A model generated the notes under the pieces. It was not told the DNA's origin and ran no database searches. It saw only the letters and a list, made by a program, of their open reading frames with translations. Below, one piece after another: positions 38,860 through 52,915 of a DNA stretch of 64,000 nucleotides; the stretch's first letter is position 1; every line of letters starts with the position of its first letter. The translations under genes and the position numbers were made by a program. Source of the DNA: Macrostomum lignano (lineage: Eukaryota); contig NIVC01000654.1 in NCBI GenBank assembly GCA_002269645.1, forward strand, positions 65,009-129,008. Direction: 5' to 3'.

Positions 38860-39260
38860 AATTGACTAGATTGTCAATAAAGGACCCATCAACTTAGGCT
38901 CATAAAGTGGAGCCCAAGTAACCTGTGCATACAAGTGATACATCATTTAGCTCATAATGACACTAAGAAGCAGGCTTTGACAAAAAGCAACAAAAATTGG
39001 ACTTGGGATAGAGGAGAACAAACAAAAGGATAATTAGGGACTTTACTTTATACGCTTAAGTTGACATAATAATTGCTAATTATCCCCTTTCTTGTTGTCC
39101 TAAGTCCAATATTTGTTGCTTTTTTGCCAAAAGCTGCTTTTTAGTGTTATTGTAATTATCCCAAGAATGACATAATCATTTGTATACATGTTATTTAGGC
39201 TCCACTCTATAAGCTTAAGTTGATAGGCCCTTTGTCTATTATAAATCTGTCAAATCAAAT
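38860..39260. repeat. Imperfect long inverted repeat (about 150-bp arms), old foldback/MITE
   Basis: AAAGGACCCATCAACTTAGGCTCATAAAGTGGAGCC at about 38878 pairs with GGCTCCACTCTATAAGCTTAAGTTGATAGGCCCTTT at about 39200. Confidence 0.65.
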
Positions 39261-39716
39261 TTATTTTTCATTGAATTGATTAGGGCCTAGCACCCTATAT
39301 AGTAAAGAAGATGGTCTTCGCTATAATCACAGAAAATTCTTGAATATATTCTAGTCTACAAGGCTGACAAGGCTAAGTCATGGGGTCTCTAGAAGACATG
39401 TCACACAAATATAGGGCCTAGTATATATATTGTTATAGTGACAAGTTGTTTTTATGATAAATGTACCACACTTTGCTTTGGCTTTACTAAAAAATAAAAG
39501 ATTCTACAAGTGTTCATTTTAGTAATAGGAGCCATTTAAAAATATTCAATTTATAATTATTTTGTTTATTGTAGTTTAGTTTTATTTGTAATATTGTTTA
39601 TACAGAAAATATCCTTAAAACATGCAGTATACAATTTTTTAGCATAATTCCAAGATATAAATTTAAATTTTGTTAAAAATTTTTTAACTCATTTGTCTAG
39701 ATTAAAAGATGCTTTT

Positions 39717-40508
39717 GGCCCATTCCATATAAGATGGACATATTTGGAAAATAGAAAAAAAGTCAATATTTTTGTTTGTCATTGCCTTATCAGCCAATTT
39801 TTTTTACAAAATCTTTATTTGTATGTAATGTATACAATCTAAGAATAAATAAATGATAAAATGTTGTATTAGTATGTTATCAATTGGCAAAAAGTTATTT
39901 TTGTAAAAAAAATGGACATTTTCTAAGCAAAAGACATCATTAAGTTTATGTACCTTTTAAAAACAAATAGAAAGCTTTAGAAGGTTAAAACAAACTAATA
40001 TTTAAAATTATAGTACTTGCATCATCAGATAAAAACATTAGCAACCATATAATCTATTATATATTTAATATATTACTACTTCAAAGTTACTGAATTGACA
40101 GAAAAAAATATGTTACGACCATAATGTTACAACCATAAGGCTGCCTTTTCTTTTGTATCTTTGTTGCCTTTTTGAGTTTATATATTCTAATAAAAGAGTA
40201 TGACTTCTAAAGATGTTCTTAGTCAAATTTAAAAAAAATTATTGCAAAATATCAAAAATGAAAAATGTTATAAGACTTTTACCTTTTAGTTTCTATGTGT
40301 CAAAAATCCTGTTGTTACGACCATAAGTGCCATTCAAGGTTTAATAGCATCTATAATAATGATGATATCTATATGAAACTTTATAAACATATTCTTGACA
40401 AAATAATCTTTCATTCAAAATATTGGTTTAGTATATTCTATTATTAGATTTCATTTTATAAGTAAAAATAGTCTGTCATGTTACAACCATAATTATATGG
40501 AATGGCCC
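39717..40508. mobile_element. AT-rich non-autonomous DNA transposon, about 790 bp
   Basis: 16-bp TIRs (15/16 match) GGCCCATTCCATATAA and TTATATGGAATGGCCC, TTTT on both flanks, and repeated internal TGTTACrACCATAA motifs. Confidence 0.6.
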
Positions 40509-40678
40509 TTTTACTATAATAAATTGAAACAATAAACAATAAATAATTGTATAAACTATCTAACTTAATTGATAAATGTTATTTTGTCTTAGTTTTTATA
40601 ATTTGTATATTTTTCATTCTCTTGCATGCTTGACTACAAAACTGCCAGTTGGAATTTCATGCCTAAAACAGTGATACA

Positions 40679-43600
40679 ATGGTTTCAGCGCTGCAGCATG
40701 TATCAGACTTTGCCAACTTATTCAAGGCATTTATTGGCTCCAACTATTTGTCGATGCCATTTGCCTTTAGTCAGTCTGGTCTTGCTGTAAGTATTATTAA
40801 GACTTTTTTGTTATTGTTATTAGTATTAATGGTTAATAAAAGGACTGAAATGTAGTAACCATGGCTCATAGAATAAAAGGACCCAGGTGGTAACAATGGC
40901 CCATCATAGAGGAACCAGGTGAGGTAACAATGGCCCATCATAGAGGAACCAGGTGATGGTAACAATGGCCCTTCATAGAGGAACTAGGTGGGGTACAATG
41001 ACCCATCATAGAGGAACCAGGTGAGGGTAACAATGGCCCATCATAGAGGAACCAGGTGATAGTAACAATGGCCCTTCATAGAGGAACCAGGTGATGGTAA
41101 CAATGGCCCTTCATAGAGGAACTAGGTGAGGTAACAATGGCCCATCATAGAGGAACCAGGTGATAGTAACAATGGCCCTTCATAGAGGAACCAGGTGAGG
41201 GTAACAATGGCCCATCATAGAGGAACCAGGTGAGGGTAACAATGGCCCTTCATAGAGGAACCAGGTGAGGGTAACAATGGCCCATCATAGAGGAACCAGG
41301 TGATAGTAACAATGGCCCTTCATAGAGGAACTAGGTGGGGTACAATGACCCATCATAGAGGAACCAGGTGAGGGTAACAATGGCCCATCATAGAGGAACC
41401 AGGTGAGGGTAACATTGGCCCATCATAGAGGAACCAGGTGAGGGTAACAATGGCCCATCATAGAGGAACCAGGTGAGGGTAACATTGGCCCATCATAGAG
41501 GAACCAGGTGAGGTAACAATGGCCCATCATAGAGGAACCAGGTGATAGTAACAATGGCCCTTCATAGAGGAACCAGGTGAGGGTAACAATGGCCCATCAT
41601 AGAGGAACCAGGTGAGGGTAACAATGGCCCTTCATAGAGGAACTAGGTGGGGTACAATGACCCATCATAGAGGAACCAGGTGAGGTAACAATGGCCCATC
41701 ATAGAGGAACCAGGTGATAGTAACAATGGCCCTTCATAGAGGAACCAGGTGAGGGTAACAATGGCCCATCATAGAGGAACCAGGTGAGGGTAACAATGGC
41801 CCTTCATAGAGGAACTAGGTGGGGTACAATGACCCATCATAGAGGAACCAGGTGAGGGTAACAATGGCCCATCATAGAGGAACCAGGTGAGGTAACAATG
41901 GCCCATCATAGAGGAACCAGGTGATAGTAACAATGGCCCTTCATAGAGGAACTAGGTGGGGTACAATGACCCATCATAGAGGAACCAGGTGAGGGTAACA
42001 ATGGCCCATCATAGAGGAACCAGGTGAGGGTAACAATGGCCCTTCATAGAGGAACTAGGTGGGGTACAATGACCCATCATAGAGGAACCAGGTGAGGGTA
42101 ACAATGGCCCATCATAGAGGAACCAGGTGAGGGTAACATTGGCCCATCATAGAGGAACCAGGTGAGGGTAACAATGGCCCATCATAGAGGAACCAGGTGA
42201 GGGTAACAATGGCCCATCATAGAGGAACCAGGTGAGGGTAACAATGGCCCATCATAGAGGAACCAGGTGATGGTAACAATGGCCCATCATAGAGGAACCA
42301 GGTGATGGTAACAATGGCCCTTGATAGAGGAACTAGGTGGGGTACAATGACCCATCATAGAGGAACCAGGTGAGGGTAACAATGGCCCATCATAGAGGAA
42401 CCAGGTGAGGGTAACATTGGCCCATCATAGAGGAACCAGGTGAGGGTAACAATGGCCCATCATAGAGGAACCAGGTGATGGTAACAATGGTCCATCATAG
42501 AGGAACCAGATGATGGTAACAATGGCCCTTCATAGAGGAACCAGGTGAGGGTAACAATGGCCCATCATAGAGGAACCAGGTGAGGGTAACAATGGCCTGG
42601 CCCATCATAGAGGAACCAGGGTAGGTAGCAAGGGGTAACAATGGCTCATAGGACACAATAAACTTAATAAAAGTTCTGTCAGTCAGTAGCAACACAAACA
42701 AACCCGTCAACTTCTTTATTAACTCTGACAGCTCGGCTTCGCTCTACTAATGATCATAGCCGTACTAACTGATCACTGCTGCTACCTGATAGTTACTTGC
42801 AAACAGCTGATGGTTGAATCGTTAGTTAATGATGAAGATTCCGGATCTGAGGCGTCTCTGGATGGCAATGGCACTATTGGCCAAAATAGTAGCAGTAATA
42901 ATAATAATTCTAGTCCGTATTACTATAACGACGGCTTTTGTCCTGATGCATTGGGACCAGGGGCCTCTCCGTCTGCTACTAACACCAATAATAGTAATAG
43001 TAATAACAACAATAATAATAATTCGAGTAATAATGGTTCAGACGGAGCAGCAGACGATGCTAGTCACCAGCGCAGACAGACGGACGCTCTGCATCGGATT
43101 GTCACGCTAGGGGACATTGCCAAGTTCACGTACGGTCGGCCCGGCCTGTGGCTAGTCAATGCGTCTCTGTTTATTACTCAATTCGGCTTCTGCATTAATT
43201 ATTTTATATTTATTGGCAATACTCTGCATCAGGTGCTGTCTTTGGGTAGAAATGACACCGATACGGTCGCGTTTCAGGTGAGAGTCTTTTGGCGTCCTTG
43301 TTGTATAATGCAGCTGGGTATTTTAATCAGAATCACATTTATTCCTAGAAGGGCAAAGGCGAGGGCTACGTCTGACCTCGTCCCACAACATACATGCCCA
43401 ACTTCGAAAGTTCACCCAGCCGTGCGACTTTCTTTTTGACCAAAAATGCGATTTACCCATTAAAGAAACTAAAGCAAATTAACGTAATTTGGGTTAACGG
43501 CTGGAGTAACTATAACTGTATTTCTAGAGCTAAATGCCTTGTCATCTAATTAGTACTAGTCTTTTTCGGGTCAGCATTTTTGCGACTTACCTTGGCCAGA

Positions 43601-46600
43601 CCTCTCGCCACCCGGCCGAATCAGCTGGGTCGGTCAAGTGTTGGGCATTTATGTCCCGTCCCACAAGCGGCGATGAAGCAACTCTGCCCATTCTCCCGAC
43701 TCCTGACATACCGAATGTGTACAGCGGCCCTCCTTGACTTTCTTATCGTCAGGCATGTACTCTCTCTGTGCCTTAGGCTTGGCCCTCATGCCTGTGATTC
43801 GTACGAAAACCCTTCAGGCATAAGGCATAAGTTACTGTTGCACTCTAACCCCCCAAAAATGATATTCCCAATCTCCCAACAAATCCCGCAGGCTTACGAT
43901 TATCACACTCAGGCGGAGCAGCAAAACAGCGATTTGGATGGATTTACGGAGACTCCAACTTGGTCTGTGCCGCCTCTATGGCTTCTAGTTTGCGCGCCGT
44001 TGCCTCTGTTTCTTGGCTTCGCTTTGATTCGCAATATTCGCAGTATGGGCAGCGTTAGTGTTGTAGCTAATATCAGCATCTGTGCCGGAGTTGTAGCTGT
44101 CCTAGCCGTTATGCTGCATCAGTTCTCTGTTAGCGACACTGTTCAACAGGCTACAGGTGCCACTCTGCCAGTGTATATTGGGATGGTGGCCGTGTCCTAC
44201 GAAGGAATTGGAACGGTAAGCAACAGCTCTATCCTCTTTTATAGCTTGTACTTTAGTGCATTAGTACTTTAGTACTTAAGTACTTCAGTAGTACTTTAGT
44301 GCATTAGTACTTTAGTACTTCAGTGGTACTTTAGTGCATTAGTACTTTAGTACTTGAGTACTTCAGTAGTACTTTAGTGCATAAGTACTTTAGTGCTTAA
44401 GTACTTCAGTAGTACTTTAGTACTTTAGTGCTTTAGTACTTTAGTACTTTAAATCGAAACCCCAGTATCAACAATGTGCACTTTTAGCATGCATGCATCG
44501 GCAAAAAGGAAGTGCATTGTGATTGAAGGACACTGCTCCCTGGCAAAAAATATTCTCCATTCTTGTAGGTTAAAATTCAAGTATTTCTCATTTCGACATC
44601 CCAAGGTTTGGAGCTTAGGATGCCGAATGGCCCCGTGATGATGAGGGAGTAAAGAAGCTATTTTGTTATAGAAAAAGAATGAGAATAGGAGAGACTTGTG
44701 GGCAAGCGTAATGCTATTCATTTTTTGAAAGTCGAAAGTCCAGAAAGTAATGTTGTAGAATATATAGTGTTAGCGTGCAGCGTTCTACTATAACTGTGAA
44801 TGCTTGCCATGTCTGTGAACCAAATGCTTGTTGAGGAAAGATTCGAAAGAGGTCAGATCTGCTTTAAATCTAATCTATAAAGTTTGTGTAAGTAAGAGAG
44901 TTTGAAACCTACTTTTCTTAGCAGGGGTCGAATTTTATTTTATCTGTTTCACGAGCCAGAACGGCCCTGCAGAATTAGTTCTTGGAGACCTTTACTTGAG
45001 GTTTATTAACGGAGTCAGTGGCTGTGTGATTAAATATTTACTGCATAATACGAGTACTGTGACCTATAGAAAACCATTTGGTTTAACAGAAAATATTAAA
45101 CGAAAATTAGCGCTAATTTCTCAGTTGTGGCGCCAAATTGGCGCTAAATTCTCAGTTGTTGTGGCATTTATTGGCGCTAAAATATCAGTTCTGGCGCTTA
45201 ATTGGCACTAAAGTCTCAGTTGTGGTGCTAAAATCACACTGAAGTCTCAGTTGTGGCGCTAAATTGGCGCTAAATACAAATTGGCCTGTCGAATTGCACC
45301 ATGATTCCAACTTAAAAAATGTCAAATTTCAACATCCCAACAGGTAATCCCAATTGAATCCAGCATGGAAGACAACCGACATAATTTTCGCTCGTTCCTA
45401 CGCGGCTCCCTAGTGGTTGTGACAGCTATACTTGGCGGTGTTGGCACTATTGGTTACCTGCGTTATGGCCAGGACACCAGACAGATTGTGGTGCAAAATC
45501 TGCCTACCCAATCTCTGTTCGTTGTCATACTGGATGCTACACTCATCCTGGGAGTGATCTTCACTTTCCCACTGCAGATTTATCCGGTTATTCAGATGAC
45601 TGAGAAACTCTTCTTGGCTAGATGTGAGTTTATTTCTGTGTTCAAATATTGACTGTTTTTGGTAAATGGTTGATGCTTTTTCAAATTATAAATACGGTGG
45701 ACTTTTGATGTCATGTTAATTCAATCAGAGGGATGCTCAAGCAGTGGGAGAAGTGAGTTGCTACAGGTGGAGAGGATGCTCAAGCCGTGGGAGAAGTGAG
45801 TTGCTACAGGTGGAGAGGATGCTCAAGCCGTGGAAGAAGTGAGTTGCTACAGGTGGAGAGGATGCTCAAGCCGTGGGAGAAGTGAGTTGCTACAGGTGGA
45901 GAGGATGCTCAAGCCGTGGGAGAAGTGAGTTGCTACAGGTGGAGAGGATGCTCAAGCCGTGGGAGAAGTGAGTTGCTACAGGTGGAGAGGATGCTCAAGC
46001 AGTGGGAGAAGTGAGTTGCTACAGGTGGAGAGGATGCTCAAGCCGTGGGAGAAGTGAGTTGCTACAGGTGGAGAGGATGCTCAAGCAGTGGGAGAAGTGA
46101 CTTGCTACAGGTGGAGAGGATGCTCAAGCCGTGGGAGAAGTGAGTTGCTACAGGTGGAGAGGATGCTCAAGCCGTGGGAGAAGTGAGTTGCTACAGGTGG
46201 AGAGGATGCTCAAGCCGTGGGAGAAGTGAGTTGCTACAGGTGGAGAGGATGCTCAAGCAGTGGGAGAAGTGACTTGCTACAGGTGGAGAGGATGCTCAAG
46301 CCGTGGGAGAAGTGAGTTGCTACAGGTGGAGAGGATGCTCAAGCAGTGGGAGAAGTGAGTTGCTACAGGTGGAGAGGATGCTCAAGCCGTGAGTTGCTAC
46401 AGGTGGAGAGGATGCTCAAGCCGTGGGAGAAGTGAGTTGCTATAGGTGGAGAGGATGCTCAAGCCGTGGGAGAAGTGAGTTGCTACAGGTGGAGAGGATG
46501 CTCAAGCAGTGGGAGAAGTGACTTGCTACAGGTGGAGAGGATGCTCAAGCCGTGGGAGAAGTGAGTTGCTACAGGTGGAGAGGATGCTCAAGCCGTGGGA

Positions 46601-49600
46601 GAAGTGAGTTGCTACAGGTGGAGAGGATGCTCAAGCCGTGGGAGAAGTGACTTGCTACAGGTGGAGAGGATGCTCAAGCCGTGGGAGAAGTGACTTGCTA
46701 CAGGTGGAGAGGATGCTCAAGCCGTGGGAGAAGTGACTTGCTACAGGTGGAGAGGATGCTCAAGCCGTGGGAGAAGTGAGTTGCTACAGGTGGAGAGGAT
46801 GCTCAAGCCGTGGGAGAAGTGAGTTGCTACAGGTGGAGAGGATGCTCAAGCCGTGGGAGAAGTGAGTTGCTACAGGTGGAGAGGATGCTCAAGCCGTGGG
46901 AGAAGTGAGTTGCTACAGGTGGAGAGGATGCTCAAGCAGTGGGAGAAGTGACTTGCTACAGGTGGAGAGGATGCTCAAGCCGTGGGAGAAGTGAGTTGCT
47001 ACAGGTGGAGAGGATGCTCAAGCAGTGGGAGAAGTGAGTTGCTACAGGTGGAGAGGATGCTCAAGCCGTGGAAGAAGTGTGTTGCTACAGGTGGAGAGGA
47101 TGCTCAAGCCGTGAGTTGCTACAGGTGGAGAGGATGCTCAAGCCGTGGGAGAAGTGAGTTGCTACAGGTGGAGAGGATGCTCAAGCCGTGGGAGAAGTGA
47201 GTTGCTACAGGTGGAGAGGATGCTCAAGCCGTGGGAGAAGTGAGTTGCTACAGGTGGATAGGATGCTCAAGCCGTGAGTTGCTACAGGTGGAGACTTGTG
47301 TTGAGAAGACTGTCTTAATGGGCGATTATGTAATTCAACCTAACAGTTTATTTCTACCAATGGTAGAAGTAAATGACCAAAAAATGGGAGAAAAATTAGC
47401 AAGGAAGGAATGTGCTGAATTGCTTCAACGCTGGTTGCGGGACAATGTCGCCGAAGGCTTCTTGTTAATGCCTATTATTTTTATTAGTCATGGATTTTAC
47501 CAATAGTCCAAATTTTGGTGTATTTCTGTTAATTTGGTAGTTTTTCATATAGCCTTTTTATCGTCAGAATATATTTATGAATATTAATTCTCTGCCGCTG
47601 CATAATTATATCACACCCACCAGATCGAACATCGGCAAGCGTCAATGGTTCCTCAGTTAATTATGATGAGCCCGGTATATGTGTGCATATATCTTCTATT
47701 TTTTATCTTTTTTCTATTAATTCAGTCTTCTGTAGCTAATTCTTTTAAAAATTAACTTCCTTCCAGTACGCAGTTTTCTAATAATAGGTGATGCGAATGC
47801 AGAACCAAGCGTTGCTTTTTAGAATTTTTTAAGGGTTGTCAATGCTTCCTTTTTATAACAAATGCATAGTTAATAATATAGGCTGTTTTTAATCCTTTTT
47901 TAATTGATACTCTCTAATACTATTTACCTACACAACTGGAGTACATCGTTATTATCAGCGGATCTATCGGCCTTCTAACAGAACAGAGTTTTGCATCTCT
48001 ATTTTTGCTTCAATTCTTAAATATTTTTTCTTTGTGTGATTGTGTGTAAAGTTTAGCTAATTAAATGCTTTTTTAACCTCTAAACTAAAATCTGCAGCTG
48101 ATCTTTTTGATGTCTGCGATGTTTTAACAGCTTCTGACTGGCATAGCCTGTTTCATGTGCACTTTAAAATCAGACTGGCACTAGGACACACAGACGGGAT
48201 TATTGAGACAGGCACTAGGACACAGACCTAGACAGACAGCTAGATGATCTAAGACAGACAGCTAGATGATCTGGACAGACAGCTAGATGATCTGGACAGA
48301 CGGCTAGATGATCTAGACAGACAGCTAGATGATCTGGACAGACGGCTAGATGATCTGGAAAGACGGCTAGATGATCTGGACAGACAGGTAGATGATCTGG
48401 AAAGACGGCTAGATGATCTGGACAGACAGGTAGATGATCTAGACAGACAGCTAGATGATCTGGACAGACAGCTAGATGATCTGGACAGACAGCTAGATGA
48501 TCTGGACAGACGGCTAGATGATCTAGACAGACAGCTAGATGATCTGGACAGACGGCTAGATGATCTGGACAGACGGCTAGATGATCTGGACAGACGGCTA
48601 GATGATCTGGACAGACGGCTAGATGATCTGGACAGACGGCTAGATGATCTGGACAGACAGGTAGATCTAGACAGCTAGATGATCTGGACAGACAGGTAGA
48701 TCTAGACAGCTAGATGATCTGGACAGACAGGTAGATCTAGACAGCTAGATGATCTGGACAGACAGGTAGATCTAGACGGCTAGATGATCTGGACAGACAG
48801 GTAGATCTAGACAGCTAGATGATCTGGACAGACAGGTAGATCTAGACAGCTAGATGATCTGGACAGACAGGTAGATCTAGACAGACGTCTAAAACAGGTC
48901 AGTAGTTAGGCAAAGGCACGTAAAAGCAAACACCCTTCGCTTTGAATCATAAATTTCCTGCTCAATATTAGTATTGATTGTTGCAAGCGATCAATGCAAA
49001 TAAGCAGATTGCTAAAAATTAGCTAAACAAAATTGAAGCAGTTAATTTAAGTCAAGCGCGGAGTTTATATAATTTGAATTCGATTAATCATTTCTAGGTT
49101 TTTTATTAAGTTGAGTTTACAATACAACACTGTTTACAAAAATTTATTAGCGTTGTCACTTAAGGATGTATTTAACATGTTGTGCAGTGTTCATCGTTAT
49201 TAAGTACATATCTGTGTCATCAGATTGTATCTGCACTATAGAAGCAGCAATATTAGGTATTACAGAATTAATTTTTCCAACCTGGCCCAGGCCTAGGCAA
49301 TATGTGGGCGTGTAGTAGCCTTGAAATATTTTCCAATCTATTTAATAAATTTTTCGAGTCGTGCAAATGTACGTGTCTGTGTGTGCAGCTATGCAGAGGT
49401 GTATAGAGCCAATTCAAACGAATTCTTAATAATCTCCAGTAAGCAATGGAATTTTTACCCACTGGGGCAGGTTATAGAGGTAAATTCCATTCTGTCTACC
49501 ATGCTTATTAATAGAAACAAATTGTCAAACACCAAAATCTAAAGCAATTTTTTCCTGTCACACTTGTGTGTTAACACTTGTTTCTGGGAAAATTCCGACA

Positions 49601-50321
49601 AAATCTAACAAGCACTACTCATATCGGGACAGATATTAGTAGCTTTGTCGAGTTTCTTTTCAATTTTCCTTAGCATAAAATGAGCCATTCACAAATTTGA
49701 AAAACTCCTGACTTCACTGCACTACTTGTTATGATATTAATAAACAAGTAGAATACACGGAAATTAACGGTAATTTTAAAAAATCCTAACTGCACTACTT
49801 TTAAACCCTGTGATAAGTAGCACAGTGAAGACAATTTTTTGTATGGAAAATAAGCCAAACAAACGCACAAATAACCCAACTCTACAGACTCTGTCTCTCC
49901 CGAAGAGCAAGAAGCCCTGATCGCGTCTGCTTCTGTTCAGCTGGATTCCGACTCACCCAATAACAATGCCGCCAATGATGCTCACGCTCTGCTGTCCACT
50001 TCAACTCCCGATGGCGCCCCAACTTGGATGAGAAACTGTCTCAGATTTGGCATTGTAATGTGCCAGTTAGCCATGGCTATACTATTGCGCAAACTGTACG
50101 CTTACGTCAGCTCGTTTATTGGCGCTGTCGGGTCAATCTTCTTGGCTTTTGTGCTGCCCTGCGCCGCTCATCTGCGGCTTGTTTGGCATCGGCCGGCCAG
50201 CACCCAGCAGCGCTTAGTGCTGATTAAAGATGCCACTATCTGCGGCTTCGGCTGCTTGGCATCTATCACGTCACTGTTTGTCACTTTGGCTAAGATTTTT
50301 GAGCCACACTTTTTCGGCTAG
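40679..50321 (+). CDS. SLC36-like (Aa_trans/AAAP family) amino-acid transporter; exons 40679-40786, 42732-43277, 43892-44215, 45344-45623, 49888-50321; N-terminus may be incomplete
   Basis: ANLFKAFIGSNYLSMPFAF, TQFGFCINYFIFIGNTL, VAVSYEGIG|TVIPIESSM, GTIGYLRYG, FTFPLQIYP, FIGAVGSIFLAFVLP. Intron phases 0, 0, 0, 1 are consistent. Confidence 0.88.
40880..42650. repeat. 35-bp minisatellite (AACAATGGCCCATCATAGAGGAACCAGGTGAGGGT), about 50 copies with recurring variants
   Basis: Seen directly; fills transporter intron 1. Confidence 0.96.
43570..43815 (-). mobile_element. SINE-like family copy F
   Basis: The reverse complement reads GAGAGTACATGCCTGACGATAAGAAAGTCAAGGAGGGCCGCTGTACAC. Confidence 0.7.
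44255..44450. repeat. AT-rich short-unit repeat (TACTTTAG/TACTTCAG)
   Basis: Seen directly. Confidence 0.85.
45730..47292. repeat. 43-bp minisatellite (GTGGGAGAAGTGAGTTGCTACAGGTGGAGAGGATGCTCAAGCC), about 36 copies
   Basis: Seen directly; transporter intron 4. Confidence 0.96.
48235..48885. repeat. 21-bp minisatellite (GACAGACAGCTAGATGATCTG)
   Basis: Seen directly. Confidence 0.93.
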
Positions 50322-50397
50322 CGAACTGGCTAGATTGTAAGATGTGCACTTTTTCTGTAGATGCTTGCGACTAAACTATATTGAGTTAGTTTTTTGT

Positions 50398-50838
50398 GGC
50401 GCCAATCTCTATTAGATCAGTGAGATTTTATAGTGTCAATCTCTATTAGATCAGTGAGATTTTATAGCGCCAATCTCTATTAGATCAGTGAGATTTTGTG
50501 GCGCCAATCTCTATTAGATCAGTGAGATTTTATAGCGCCAATCTCTATTAGATCAGTGAGATTTTGTGGCGCCAATCTCTATTAGATCAGTGAGATTTTA
50601 TAGCGCCAATCTCTATTAGATCAGTGAGATTTTATAGCGCCAATCTCTATTAGATCAGTGAGATTTTGTGGCGCCAATCTCTATTAGATCAGTGAGATTT
50701 TGTGGCGCCATCTCTATTAGATCAGTGAGATTTTATAGCGCCAATCTCTATTAGATCAGTGAGATTTTGTGGCGCCAATCTCTATTAGATCAGTGAGATT
50801 TTGTGGCGCCATCTCTATTAGATCAGTGAGATTTTGCA
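50398..50838. repeat. 34-bp minisatellite with an internal hairpin (AATCTC...GAGATT)
   Basis: About 13 copies starting about 80 bp after the transporter stop; no spacers. Confidence 0.93.
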
Positions 50839-52314
50839 GCGCTAATGTTCCGAAGTGATAAAAATTATATTTGATTACTACTTTGTCTTATTAATAATTT
50901 TAGTCAACCAAATGCAAGATTCTCTCTCTATGCCTCTCAGTAGTAGTAAATGGTTTTTGCTGTGTAATTTTGCAGCTCAAAATTTCTGGCTTCGGGTATA
51001 TTCTAAACCAGACTTCTGTCTCTTCTGTAATGTATTTTTAAGTATCTTGTACTTCATTTAAATTGAATGCTTGTTTTTGTTGTACAATTTCTTTTTCCCT
51101 GCTGCCGGGCTCTCCAGATATATCTTGAGCTGCCCGAACATTATATATGTTTCTTGGAAATCTATTTATTGATTCGACTGTTCTTGCCGCTGTGTTAGCT
51201 AACGTACGCTTATAGAAGCCGGCTGTGACTCATTATATGGATTCTATTTTTAGACTTGTAAGCAAAATTAGGCCGTTGCTTAGCGTTGCCGTCTGTTGCG
51301 TGAAAGGTACCGGGTTCGAATCGTGCACGGGGCCGAATTTTTTTCCATTAAATTTAAAGTTAATTGACCAAGTAGAATTTTTGCTTTAAAAGTCTATAGA
51401 AAGTTCCAAATTATATTCTTTATTTTCCTCGGTATTTTTTAAGTCAATTAAAATAATTGTGCCTTAATAACACCTCACTGTGTTTGCCTCTCTGCCCTTG
51501 TTGTCGCTTTTTGTGTAACAACCGTTGTTTTATTGGTCAGTAGTAAGTAAAGCTTATTAGTTTAAAGTTCGACAATTCACAATAGCTCTTTTTGGTTGGT
51601 GTCACAAGTTATATGATGTTAAGCAATGTTAAATAAAAGTTTGGCCACACTAACCTTGTCTTCCATCTGTCTGAATGGTGTTTGCCAAGATTAATTTATA
51701 TGTTTTGCTAACTTCTTTCCCTCTGAATTATGTTGCAAAAAACCTGTTAACGGCATAATCTGTAATTAATAATTTTTCTCATAATACAAAAAATGTCTCG
51801 TTACAATTATCAGATTCTTTTATCTTGACCAAGATCAGTTTAGCAAATCCATATTATACTACTGTTGAATGCTATAGTAGTATATATTATTTGGAACTGA
51901 ATATAATCATGACAAGCGAGTGAAATTTGCCCATCACAACTACAGATTTTAGTTTATTGCCGCTCTGGTGCAAGCCTTTAGATGTTTGAAATCTGGTTAT
52001 TTAATTGTACCATATACACTACTCTATATGTCGGTTATTTTTGTATATAAAATAAAGTATATAAATTATTAAAATGTTATATAAAATAACACTCTTACGT
52101 GGAATTTACGGCTTAAATGTAAAATGGGTTAACTGCGGTGTATTGGCGTCTATTCAATAAATTTTTCAACGCTCGATGTGGGGCGTCAACTTTATTTGGT
52201 ATTTTGTTGTGTATTCTTGTGTCCGACTCCAATTCTTTATTTTATCGGTTTTTATGTCTGGTTTTTTGTTGTTTAATTAGGTTTGTTTAGCCTCGTATTT
52301 GCATTCCGTTTCTT

Positions 52315-52915
52315 CGCAAAATCACACCAAAAATCCTCTAAATCACACTTTAATTCCTCAAAATCACACTTTAATTCCTCGAAATCACACTTCAATTCCT
52401 CGAAATCACACTTTAATTCCTCAAAATCACAACAAAAATCCTCTAAATCACACTTCAATTCCTCAAAATCACACTACAAATCCTCAAAATCACAATTTAA
52501 TTCCTCAAAATCACACTTCAATTCCTCCCTCGAAATCACACTTCAATTCCTCAAAATCACACTACAAATCCTCGAAATCACAATTTAATTCCTCAAAATC
52601 ACACTTCAATTCCTCGAAATCACACTTTAATTCCTCGAAATCACACTTTAATTCCTCAAAATCACACTACCAATCCTCAACACTACAAATCATCAAAATC
52701 ACACTTCAAATTCTCAAAATCCCATTACAAATCCTCAATATGACACGTCAAATCCTCAAATCTTCGAAATCACAATTTAATTCCTCAAAATCACATGACA
52801 AATCCTCAGAATCACACTTTAATTCCTCAAAATCACACTTAAATTTCTCAAAATCCCATTACAAATCCTCAGCATGACACGTCAAATCCTCAAATCTTCG
52901 AAATCACACTTTAAA
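52315..52915. repeat. 21-bp minisatellite (AAATCACACTTTAATTCCTCA)
   Basis: Seen directly; source of the SKSHFNS pseudo-ORFs. Confidence 0.9.

Noticed and set aside
50398-50838. Palindromic 34-bp repeat resembling a CRISPR array
   Set aside because: The units are contiguous with no unique spacers, there are no cas genes, and the context is eukaryotic.
51275-51345. tRNA-like sequence with GGTTCGAATC and a T-run
   Set aside because: It cannot be folded into a full cloverleaf; more likely a SINE head remnant, as at 17372, 31176 and 32388.
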